Below, in pieces: positions 21,790 to 33,645 of a stretch of DNA of 64,000 bases. Position 1 is the first letter of the stretch, and each line of letters opens with the position of its first letter. Made by a program: the position numbers and the translations under genes. The stretch is from Torpedo marmorata (taxonomy: Eukaryota). A model generated the notes under the pieces. The model was not told where the DNA came from, ran no database searches, and was given only the letters and a program-made list of their open reading frames with translations. The stretch spans positions 282,410,001 through 282,474,000 of the forward strand of contig OZ360220.1 in the NCBI GenBank assembly GCA_977017645.1. Reading direction: 5' to 3'.

Positions 21790-24700
21790 CGGCAGAATTA
21801 CCACTAATTGGTAGTGCAAAAAAAAAACTGTACACAGCGTAAACATGTAAACAAACAAAGAACTGTAAACAGATAACGAAAGTAAACAAACTGACTGTGC
21901 AATACGCAGCTGATGAGCAATAAAGTACACAAGGAAGTCCTTAAATGAGTCTCTGATTGAGTCGTTGACGAGTCTGATGGTGGAGGGGTAGCAGCTGTTC
22001 CTGAACCTGCTGGTGCGAGTCTTGTGGCACCTATACCTCTTTCCTGATGGCAGCAGCGAGAACGGAACGTGTGCTGAGTGGTGTGGGTCTTTGATGATTG
22101 CTGCTGTTCTCCGACGGCAGCGTTCCCTGTAGATGTACTCAATGGTGGGGAGGGTTTTGCCTGTGATGTCCTGGGCTGTGACCACCACCTTTTGGAGTGC
22201 TTTACGCTCAGGGGTATTGGTGTCCCAAAACCAGACCGTGATGCCACCAGTCAGCACACTTTCCACCACACCATCTTTAGAAATTTGCCAGGGTTTCTGG
22301 TGTCATACCAAACCTCTGCAAACTCCTGAGGAAGTAGAGGCACTGACGTGCTTTCTTCATGATGCCATTGGTGTGTTGGGTCCAGGACAGATCCTCCGAG
22401 ATAGTGACTCCCAAGAACTTAAATTTGCTCACCCTCTCCATCTCTGATCCCCCAATGATCACTGGATTGTATACCTCTGGCCTTCCCTTCCTGAGGTCAA
22501 CAATCAGCTCCTTAGTTTTGGAGACATTGAGTGCAAGGTTGTTGTTGGTGCACCATTCGGCCAAGTTTTCAATCTCCCTCCTGTATGCTGACTCATCACC
22601 TTTCTTTATACAACCCACTACAGTGGTATCGTCAAATTTGTAGATGGTGTTATTGTCGTACCGAGCCACACAGTCATAGGTGTAAAGTGAGTAGAGCAGG
22701 GGGCTAAAAGCGCAGCCCTGTGGTGCTCCGGTACTGATGGAGATTGTGAAGTAGATGTGCTTACCAATCCTCACTGATTGTGGTCTGGAGGTGAGGAAAT
22801 CCATGATCCAATTACACAGTGGCGTGTTGATTCCCAGGACTTGGAGTTTGATGATCAGTTTTGAGGGGATGATGGTGTTAAATGCCGAACTGTAGTTGAT
22901 AAAGAGCATCCTGATTAATGCATCTTTACTGTCCAGGTGTTCCAGGGCTTTGTGTAGAGTCAGTGAGATGACATCCGCCGTAGACCTGTTGCTTCGATAG
23001 GCGAACTGGAATGAATCCATGTCACCGCTCAGACAGGAGCTGATATGCATCATCACCAGCCTTTCAAAACACTTCATCACTGTTGATGTAAGTGCTACTG
23101 GTCGATAGTCATTAAGGCAGGTTACTACACTCTTCTTGATGCCTGTTTGAAACAGGTGGGTACCACACCCTGCTGGAGTGAGATATTGAAGATATTCATG
23201 AGTACCCGCATCTCCTCCATTTCCCGCTCATCTGCCCTGGCCCCCTCTGCCCCCAGACACAACAAACATAGAATACCCCTCATCCTCACCTACCACCCCA
23301 CCAGCCTCCGCATCCAACACATTATCCGCCGGAATTTCCGGCACTTGCTGCAGGATCCCACCACCAGACACATTTTTCCTTCTCCTCCCCTCTCGGCCTT
23401 CCGTAGGGACCGCTCCCTCCGCGATTCACTCGTGCACTCGTCCCTCCCCACCCATCGCACCCCCCGGAACCTTCCCCTGTGCCAGCAGGAGGTGCAACAC
23501 CTGCGCCCACACCTCCCCCCTCACCATGGTCCAGGGCCCCAAACAGGCCTTCCAAGTGAAGCAACACTTCACTTGTACATCCAGAGGACTTATTTACTGC
23601 ATCCGGTGCTCCCTTTGTGGCTTTCTATACATTGGAGAGACCGGTCGTAGATTGGGAGATCGCTTCGCTCAGCACCTCCGCTCGGTTCGCAACAACAGCG
23701 ACCTCCCAGTGGCCAACCATTTCAATTCTGGGTCACACTCCCACACTCACATGTCTGTCCATGGCCTCATGTACTATCCCACCCAGACTACCCGCAAACT
23801 GGAGGAACAACATCTCATATTCCGTCTGGGCACTCTCCAGCCAGATGGAATTAACATTGACTTTTCTGCTTTCCACTAAACCTGCTTGTTGTTCCCTTCC
23901 CCTCCCCCCTCACCTGTCCTTCCTGTGTTTCTCCAGCTACCCAGCCATCCCTCCTCCCCCTCTTTGCTACTGTCCCCTCCCTCCTTTCTCCACCTATTAT
24001 CTCCTGCCTTTCCCACCCCCCTTCCCTCCTCACTCCTTTGTTCGGACGTCTGCCGGCATTTTCTCATACTTTGAAGAAGGGCTCAAGCCTGAAACGTCGG
24101 TTATGTATTTCTACCTTTGCTACATACAAGACACTGTTTGACCTGCTGAGTTCTCCAGCTTTTGTGTTTTTTACTCTAACCACGGTGTCTACAGATTTTC
24201 GTGTTTACTTTTCATGAGTACATTGGTAAGTTGGTCATCACAGATTTTTTAATACTCGGCAGGTACTCCGTCTGGGCCGGATACTTTCCTCGGATTCACT
24301 CTCCTGAAGGCAGCACGCACGTCATCCTCAGATACGGACAGGATGGGATCATCAGGGGACGTGGGGGTGCAGAGGCGTGGTTCTTCGCTGTTACTGTCAT
24401 CAAATTGGGCGTAGAAGGCGTTGAGGTCCTTCTGGGAGAGAAGCTTTGCCGTCTGCTACTTTACCGGATTTGGTTTTGTAGCAGATTATTGCATTGAGGC
24501 CCAGCCACAGCTGTCGGGTCTCCCTTGTCGTTTCCATTTTCTTCCAGAATCTCCACTTCGCTCGGCAGATGGCTTTCCGCAGGTCATACCTGCTTCTTCT
24601 GTATTGATCTGGATCTCTGGACTTAAATTCCTGTGATCTGGCTCTCAGCAGGTTTGAGTTTCATTGTTCATCCAGGGTTTCTGGTTGGAGAAAACCCTGA

Positions 24701-25385
24701 ACAATTTGATGGGGATACACTCATCCACAGCTGTTTTGATAAAGTCCGTGACAGCCCTGGTGTAATCGTTCAGATTTTCAGCTGAGCCCTTGAACACCGC
24801 CCAGTCCGCTGACTCGAGGAAGTCCTGTAACCGTTCTTCAGCCTCCTGTGACCACCTTCTAGCTGTCTTGACCTCCAGAGCCTCTCTTTTTAGGCTCTGT
24901 CTGTATGAATACAGAAGGAGCACAGCCAGGTGATCTGATTTGCCAAAATGTGGTCTCGGGAAAGAACGGTAGGCCTTCCTTATATTGGTGTAGCAGTGAT
25001 CGAGTGTGCAGGGACCACTGGTGCAGCAGGTTACATGCTGGTGGTAGTTGGGCCTGGTTAAAGTCGCCAACTAAGATTTGTAGTGCGTCGGGCTGGGCCG
25101 ACATCATGCACCTCCGCAAATGCCTGTTTGTAATCGGCATCGGGAGGGATATAAACTCCGGTGAGAATCACTGACGAGAACTCTCGGGGTATATAGAACG
25201 ATCTACGTTTAATCGAGATTTGCTCTAAGGCAGTAGAGCAGGAGGTCGAAATAACCCCAATGTCCGTGCACCACCCGAGCACACACCGCCCCCTCTCCCT
25301 TTTCCATAATCTGAGTTCCGATCCAGTCTGTGAATGGTGCAACCCTCTGGTTGGATAGCGGTGACCCGAAACCTTTCTTCCCTCC
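21790..25385 (-). mobile_element. Rex1/Babar-type LINE (APE + RT), degraded, interrupted by a Penelope insertion
   Basis: APE remnants at 24645-25396 (TLDHCY, SDHLAVLL), RT at 22277-23080. Sequence is continuous across the TSD at 23195/24211. Confidence 0.85.
23206..24210 (+). mobile_element. Penelope-like element, 5'-truncated, with GIY-YIG endonuclease end and hammerhead-like tail
   Basis: ORF 23526-23879 (LIYCIRCSLC..YIGETGRRLGDRFAQH). 11-bp TSD TTCATGAGTAC at 23195-23205 and 24211-24221. Confidence 0.9.
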
Positions 25386-28099
25386 ATCGACTCCATCTAC
25401 ACCTCCTTATGCCTTGGAAAAGTGGATAATGTACCAAAGGACTCATCCTAACTCGGCCACATTCTCTTCTCCCTTCTCTTATGGGGAAGAAGATTCAGTG
25501 TGAAATCATGCACCGCCAGATTCAAGGACAGTTTCATTCCCACTACTATCAGAATACTGAATGAACCTCACACTGGTAAAATAATGTTGCCCTTACTTTT
25601 TTAAACTGATCTCTCATTGTAACCCGACTGTCTGCAGTGTGTTTTATTCTGCTGTACTTATGTATTGATAGACTTGCTAGATAACATGTAAAACAAACCT
25701 TTTTGCTGTACTTTGTCACCTGTGACAATGTGAACTTGAACTTGATTCACAGCAAGTAATGCATTAGCTGTGCCTGAGTCATATCATATCACTTTACACA
25801 AGTAAGTTGTTTCTAATCACATCTTGGAAATTCCTTCAGTGATTCTCTTCCGTTTGCCTCACTAAAACTGGGTAAAGTGTAAGACTTCCACACAGTTGAA
25901 ACCAACTGCAGTGTGAACACTTTTAGCAGCTAATGAACACATGATGAGCATGTGAGCATGGGGTAGGACAGCAGTCACCAGTCCTCACCACTCCTGATCT
26001 GCAGTGCAACCAATGCTGGAGTATGCATGCTCTCCTTGCGGGTTTTCCCTTGGTGCTTTTGTTTCCTCCTACCTCATGAAGATGCGCTGGTAGGTTGATT
26101 GGGCACTGTAACTTACTCCTTATTGTAGGTATGTAGTAAAAGAATGAAAAGGGAGTTGATGGGCACAAGAAAGAAAAGGATGTAGGTTCACCGTAAAATA
26201 AGGAGAGCGTCAATGAGATTGATGATATTGCCCTGCTGTGGGCGGAACAGGATTTGATAATCTGAATGTCTTCCTTCTACAGTGTAATAAGTAAGAGGCT
26301 ATTGCTTGGGTAAGCAACATAAAATTGCTTTGTGCCTGTTTGACATGTGCACAAGGAGACTGTCATATGGGCTCAGGCTACTCAGTAAGCACTGGGTTGT
26401 ACAAAAACAGAAATTATAAAATAACTTTTTAATGAATTTGGTTTCCAAACACCTAACCTTCACATCATTAACTCACCAAGCTGCTAACCGAGCCGTTCTA
26501 AGACAATAAGGAAAATCCTGAAGAGTATTATTTAAAAGGTTCATTGACTCCATACAGATTAGTTGCTCTTGGCCATTTAAGCAGCTGGTTAACTTAGGAT
26601 GTTTCTTTTTGCAAACCCTAATGAATCCTGACTTCTGGGAACAGGTTTATTTTATTGTTATATTGATTTTGTCAATTTTGGAAATCATTATGTCAGTCGT
26701 AGTGGCCCAATGTGTCTGCCTTTGTAGGTTGAGAGGGAGCAGTGAAGTAAATAGAACACCCAGCTGACTGAAGAGTGCAAGGGCGTTCACTTCTGGCTTC
26801 CCAGGGGTCAACGGTAGATTAAATATGGTCTTGTCTGTTCACTGTCACCAGCCTTTATATCTCTCCTTGAATGTTTAGCTTGTTTGAGATCATAAGTAAC
26901 TCATCATTCAGGACGATGGCTGCTTTCCTATGGCAGCCATGATTCATTGATCCTGTTCTCCTTCATGCTTCTTATACACCAACCTATCCCTCACATCATT
27001 GTCTGACATTGAACAACTGTCATCCCCTCCAGCAGTGGCACATCTCCTGTTGGGGAGCTCAGGCACAGCCACAAGACCTGCTTTGCAGCAACTAGAAACA
27101 TCAAGCATTAAATTGAGTGAGAAGAACATTTCTTTGCTGAGATAAAAGACATAATGATCCTTGTATTCAATCATGAATGAAGCCCATGGATGGCAGTAGT
27201 GCAACTCTATTTTTGCTTTGAAAGTATGTTATTAGGAAATTGAGGATAGTACAAGTCAGGCATATTTTGTTCTGGGCATATTTCCTTAGTCACTGCCTCA
27301 TGTTGAACTTGGGGAAAATGCATCCTCTCATCTTTACTGAATCCTCATCAGCAAGGTTTGAATACTGTTGTCATAATAATTTTTCATGCAATTAACAATT
27401 TCCTGAAAAGGCGAGCCATTTTGTTTCCTCAGAAAAGCATCTTGGATGCAAAATGAAGGCCTCAATATTTGTCTGAATTTGAAAGCCTGCATAAAAATAG
27501 GGATGGTTCTGTTCAGGGCCACAGGGCAGTGATTTCCTACATGAAGTGAATTATGATGAAAACATCTTGATTCCCAGACTTTCTGCAATTTCTGGTGTAG
27601 GATCAGAATATTTGCTATATGAGTGTGAGAAAAGTGCAATATTCCTAGCTTTGGAGCTCTTAAAGAGGCACGGAGACCATTGCTTCTGGTAACCTGACTG
27701 ATTTGGCACAGTTTTGGGTTTGAGTGGAAGTGGATGATTCGAGTGGAGACCATAACGTACTGATATTGATGTGACCTATTTTTGAAGATGGGCACTGTGG
27801 TAAATGAGCTCTGTTGTCCATTTCCAATCCAAAGAAATGCAATTTTAAATGTGAGGTGAAAGACATTTGAAACATCTTTAAGGGTTATAAGAGTGCTTCA
27901 CTGATGTGTACTCTTCAATAAGGGCTTGGTAGGTCTGACCCTTTAACATACTCTGGTTGACACCTACTCTTGTATTCCAAGCTCTCTCTTTTGCTGAAAT
28001 GCAGATCTATGCCCCTTCATAATCTCAATTGTGCAACTGTACATAAACACTTCGAGCGCAGTGCACGATACAATATGCTTTGTTAAATGATGTGCTAAC

Positions 28100-28378
28100 T
28101 GGGCAGCACGGTTAGCGTAACAGTTAGTGCAACGCCTTTACAGCGCCAGCGATCAGGACGGGGGTTCGAATCTGTAAGGAGTTTGTACGTTCTCCCCGGA
28201 TCTGCGTGGGTTTTCCCCGGGGGCTTTGGTTTCCTCCCACCGTTTGAAACATACTTGGGGTGTAGGTTAATTGGGTGTAAATTGGGCGGCACGGACTCGT
28301 GGGCCGAAATGGCCTGTTACTGTGCTGTATGACTACATTTAATTTAATTTAAATTTAAAATTTAATTTAAAATTTAAC
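28100..28378 (+). mobile_element. tRNA-derived SINE with V-domain-like core
   Basis: tRNA-like head with GGTTCGAAT B-box, core GGAGTTTGTACGTTCTCCCC..TGCGTGGGTTTTCC..GGTTTCCTCCCAC, and an (AATTTA)n tail. Confidence 0.8.
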
Positions 28379-29960
28379 TGCTTCTGCCAATCACTTTTAA
28401 GTTCTAAAACTATTGTGTAACACATAAAATTGTCATGTTGCACAATAAAATTTTCATCCAAGTCCTTTATCTCTGGTCAGCAACATAGCTTCAATCCCTA
28501 CTTTGTAGTCCACAAAGAGATTCAGTTCAGTTAAATTTGAAAGATCTTTGGCTGACTAAGAAATGGCTAAGTGATTCTTTGGTCAACCAATTAATGGTTA
28601 CATTTATTCAGTAAATGCTATTTTTGTATATACTTTATGTCATCATTGTGGCAGGAGAGAAATGTTATAATTCATACAAAGTCTCAGTATGGCATGCGCC
28701 CAGTGTGGTCTATGTAATCTTATTGTGTAATATCGTCTTGAGTTTACACCAGAACTGTATACAATGAGTATTTAATTTCATCCCACATAACTATATATCG
28801 ATCTATTTCAAGTAGTTATTGTTTTATTAATTTTCTTCCAGTGTCACAAATATTACTCAAATTCCATTCCATCATTTCTTTTGATTTTGTCACCAGCAAA
28901 CAAGTTTTATCTTTGCAATTGCAGTATGTAATGCAATATACAATGTCTCTCCTTTTAATCAAATTTATCTTATGTTAACATTCAGCTCCCATTTGCTTTA
29001 TTTCAGTTTCTTGTTGGACAATGTAATTTTCTTAAAATTAGTAGGAGTAAATTGGAAAAGCTAATCTGAATGTGTACAAGAAAGAAGCCAGCACTGAAGA
29101 CTTTCTTGTTTAACAACATTGAAATTTTACCGACATTTTAATATAGGTACATTCCATATTTTCAGCAAATGTTTTCTTATGTACATGAGGAATACTATAT
29201 AATTTAAATTGCTACTGATTATAAAACCATCTATGTGAGGATTGTTAAGGAAACGTATTGAGTGGCAGGACAGATGGAGGTAGCCTGTATTGAAATTGAG
29301 GCTGATGTAGTAAGGGCCAATTTGGGGTTGGGAAGTCAATGGGCCCACAGAATAAAAGGGAAGATTGGAAACTAGAAATGGCTGCTTTATCACTTCAGTC
29401 TCAATAGGCTGTAAAAATAAGAACTATCGCTCAATCTAACTTTTAGGCCAAAACAATTAAAATTATAATAGCTCCAAGTGTAGTTCAGGATGGGGTAAAT
29501 GATTTGGTAGAGAGTTATCAGACAAAGAGACATAGATGTAAGCTCAAAATGTGTAGTTTAAAGTGGGATATAAGCAGCACACTATTTAATCAGAAGATGG
29601 TTGGCTTTTGGCAAGCATGTTGTTGAGTTAGTGGAAGATATTTTCAAGGTTACATTGGACATGGATCCTGCAGAAAAAGAAACATTATTGATACAAGTGC
29701 TCGAGTGATATGTTGGTGCCCAATAGAACCCGTGAGGTTGGATTCCTTTCTAGTTTATGTTGCTTTCCCAGCAATAATAAGCGAGAAGGTAGAGAATACG
29801 TTTCGGCATGTGCTTATTAATCCAAGACATGTACAATGGCTTGGATTACTTAGACTGAACCATTTTGTTATCATTTTAAATTTTGAAGGCCAATAAAATA
29901 CTGTTATGACTAATATCCTAAATCGATAAACAAGTGAATGCCAAACTTTTGTTGGTAATA

Positions 29961-31905
29961 TCAGATCTGATACTATTTATTGTCATGTAATAAAATAGAA
30001 ATGTAATATAACAGAAAATTGCCTTTAGCCTGCCATGAACAGACAAAGATTCGCCATTAGCAATGCCCGGCGCCCCTTTGAATCAGAGAAAGAGAAGCAA
30101 AAAAAGAGTCCCCTCAGAATCAGAGTGTCCGTGGATTTGCCTCCAATATTCCCACAGCCTCTGCAGCCGCACAAGATTCCAGTTCAGTAAATTAAGAAGA
30201 TTAATGATTGCTTTGAAGCTGGAAAATGTATTACTTTTCAAAGAATGAAAGATAAATTTAATATATTAGATAACACACTTTTTGCTTATTATCAAATTAG
30301 AGCTTTTTTGATTGAGAAATTGGGAAATGCTTTGATTTTGCCAAGACAAAATGAATTAGAATTATTAGTTACTAAAGGAGAAGTTAATACATTTATTTCT
30401 CAAATGTATAAATTGTTTCAGAGAAAATTGCCTAAAGTAGGAATGCATAAATCAAGATTAAAATGGGAATTAGACCTGAATGTAAGAATAGATGAAAATC
30501 ATTGGAAAGAATTATCTAAATTAAGTATGACAAAGATTATTAATGTTAGATATAGATTAGTTCAATACAATTTTTTTCATCAATTATATTTAACACCTAA
30601 AAAATTAAAGAAATTTAATCCGACATTATCAGGTTTATGTTTTAGATGTAATAAGGAAGAAGGATCTTTTGTACATTGTACATGGTTTTGTCCAAAAGTT
30701 TATGATTTTTGGTTGAAAGTTAAAAAATTCTTAGATAAAGTATTTAAAATTACGTTTCCAATGGATCCTATGATATTTCTGTTTGGCGATATTAGAAAAT
30801 TTGGTATTAAGATGAAATTAAATATGTATCAAATAGAATTTTTGCGAATTGCTTTAGCTGTTTCAAAGAAATGCATTGCTATTACTTGGAAATCTGATTT
30901 AGATTTAGGATTAGAAAGATGGCATGCAGAATTTCGTTCATGTATACCACTTGAGAAAATTACTTATAATTTACGTAATAAATATCATTTTTTCTTAAAA
31001 ATTTGGAGCCCATATATGAAAGTTGTTGGCTTAAGAATTTGAGGATCTCTGGGTATTGGGTCTACTGGCATACTTGACCTCCATAATAGAAGTAGTTTAT
31101 AGATTGGCATTCCCCTAACTCTATTTTTCTCTTTCTTTTTCTTTCTTCTTTTTTTATTTTTATTTTATTTTATATTTTTATTAGATTAGTGGGGTTGGGG
31201 AGGGGAGGGAGGGAGGGGGGGGGTGAAAATGTATCACAAATAATTTCATAATTGTATATTTTACTTTATGTATTTCGTGATTTAAAAATTTTAAATAAAA
31301 TATTTTAAAAAAAAGACTCCAGTTCAGTTCAAACCATCGGCAACCTGATCCCAGATCCAAACCTCCACCACGATGAGGAAGCTTCAGTGACCAGGGCCCT
31401 TCAGGAGCCCTTCTTGCCCTCAGCACCTTCTCGAATCCCGGTTCCGATACCTGGTTCCCATGAGCCAGTCTCCAGCAGCCTGCAGTCTGGTGTGAGTCCT
31501 TTGACCTCAGGTCGCCTGCAGCCCGCAGCCTGTGTGGGTTCCTCAGCTGCTTAGCCCTTCGCTGAATTTGCTGCCATGGTCACCGTCCTACAGGATTGTC
31601 TCCTATGCTCCTCCTCAACGGGGGTGTTCTACCCGTTACTCGTGCTTTGCACCGGTCCGCTGCTCCCCCGGAGTCTGCAACCCGTCGTGGCTGCTGCCAA
31701 ACACAGGTGCTGCCATCTTGGGTCTGGACCACGCAGTTGCAGGATTTTAAATAAAACCGATGGCTCATTCAACAGGCTTTTTAAAGCCTGTGCGGAGCTG
31801 TCGGCAGTACGACTGGGTGGTAGGACCCTTCAGGGGAGCGCTATGTCTCCGCTCCCTGCTCTCCCCATGTACGCACCAGCATTACAGCCCCTCCGGAAGC
31901 GCCAC
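29961..31905 (-). mobile_element. Non-coding, non-autonomous retroposon with Rex1/Babar-like 3' tail, split by an L1
   Basis: Related to 47165-47500. Minus-strand end reads CATGACAATAAA. Continuous across the L1 TSD. The 5' limit is approximate. Confidence 0.55.
30189..31312 (+). mobile_element. L1-clade LINE 3' fragment (ORF2 C-terminal zinc-binding region, ORF 30245-31042)
   Basis: CFRC..H..W.C motif. TSD AAGA(T/C)TCCAGTTCAGT at 30173-30188 and 31313-31328. AATAAA and A-tail. Confidence 0.9.
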
Positions 31906-32211
31906 CATTTTTTGAATATAAATGATCATACAGGTGCTTCCAATATTTATCAGAATTAATGCCCAGAAGGCAAGTGTATTTGTAGAAATGTGCACTACCT
32001 CCCAATACCAAACTTGCTACCTTCCCAATTGCTGAGAACCCAACATAACCCAATAAAAAGTCCTATCTCATGAGCCCAGTTAAATGCCTACTCACTGCCA
32101 CACTGCTGCAATTGCAATGCACACTATCTTCTCTTTCTGTGGAAACTGCATTTATAAACTGAGTTTGACAACAGCAGGAATTTTCTGACAGATTCCATGA
32201 CACAATCAGAG

Positions 32212-32751
32212 ACAGCGGCTATACTTTGTGAGGTGTTTGAGGAGATTCGGAATGTCACTGAAGACTCTCAAAAACTTCTACAGGTGTACCGTGGAGAGCA
32301 TTCTGGCTGGTTACATCACTGCCTGGTATGGAGGCGCCAACGCTCAGGACAAGAAAAAACTCCAGAGGGTTGTTAACTCGGCCTGCGACATCATGGGCAC
32401 TAGACATCACTCCATCAAGGACATCTACAAGAGGCGGTGTCTTAAGAAAGCAGCCTCTATCCTCAAGGACCCCCACCACTCAGGCCATGCCCTCTTTACT
32501 CTGCTACCATCAGGAAAAGGGTACAGGAGCCTGAAGATGAGCACTCAGTGGCACAAGGACAGCTTCTTCCCCGCTGCCATCAGATTCCTGAATGATCAAT
32601 GAACCAAAGACACTGCCTTACTTTGACTTTTCGTGCACTATTTTTATTTATTGTTGTAAGGTGGTTTATATGAATGTTTGCACTGTGATGCTGCCGCAAA
32701 ACAATGAATTTCATGACTGGATCATGATAATAAATTCTGATTCTGATTCTG
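32212..32751 (+). mobile_element. Rex1/Babar-type LINE 3' fragment
   Basis: ORF 32228-32602 and (ATTCTG)n tail. Confidence 0.85.
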
Positions 32752-33212
32752 AAAATAATCCATTGACCATAGGAAATGCCCTGGGCAGCAATGGAACTGA
32801 AAGTTGTCCTGAACTTCCAACCTCCCAGATGTCTTGCTGCTGGAACTGCTTTCACTGTCTTGAGTTTTTCTTCATTTCAAGACCATGTTCAATACCATGA
32901 CCTGTTGCAAATAAAGAAAGACAAAATATAGAATACATGTACCACCCTTTAATTTGTCAAGCAGATGAGAGGTTGTGGCAGGACTGCCTCATCCATTGTG
33001 GCTCGAAATCTTCAGCTTGTAATCTTTATATTGGTCTCCTGTTGAAGTTGTCAGATTGCAAATTTTCTGCATGCCAATTCATTTTCTTTCTTTTGCACAG
33101 TCCATCCAAGCAGACTATATAATCTATCCTCTTCTGTTAGTAACGCCCAAGTGAAATGAATGAATTTTCAATTGAGATCAAAATTGTGGATGATCTTGGA
33201 GACATTCAGCAG

Positions 33213-33450
33213 GTAACGATAAAGGTAAAGGTTCCATTATTGTCATGTAATATTACATTTAGAATGTAACATACATGAAATTCTTTAATTTTTGTCTACC
33301 GTAAGGCAGACAGAGAGTCGCTACTTTGTCCAGCGCCCCTCACAGAAACCTACAGCACCTGGTGTTCCTAGGCAGTCTCCCCTCCAAGTGCTGACCAGTC
33401 CTCTGCCTGCTTAGCTTCCGAGATCAGACAATCCCAGTCGTATTCAGGCA
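33213..33450 (-). mobile_element. 5S rRNA-derived SINE (SINE3-type)
   Basis: 33346-33450 is the reverse complement of most of 5S rRNA (…TCTGATCTCGGAAGCTAAGCAGG…CTTGGAGGGGAGACTGCCTAGGAACACCAGGTGCTGTAGGTTT), followed by a non-5S body ending CATGACAATAATGGAACC(TTTACC)n. Confidence 0.85.
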
Positions 33451-33645
33451 GCACCTACAGAGAAAGGAAAAGTTTTCCTTCAGGATGATTTATCAGGCTC
33501 GGAAAATGTTTGAGGTTCAAACAAATTTTTTAAGCCATAGATAAAGAAGGGAAGAGAGAACAAAGAGGAAGCTTTGTGATAGGGTGAAGACCAGGAGAGA
33601 TTGAATGGCACAAATGTTGTTGGTGTCCTCAGAGGGGTGGTAAAG

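Noticed and set aside
27334-27795. 153-aa minus-strand ORF in unique DNA
   Set aside because: No recognisable motif or exon structure. Consistent with a chance ORF.
28100-28175. tRNA genes at SINE heads
   Set aside because: Each continues into a SINE core and AT-rich tail, and no complete cloverleaf is seen.
33346-33450. Functional 5S rRNA gene
   Set aside because: The 5' end is missing or diverged, there are many substitutions, and it is attached to a retroposon tail.
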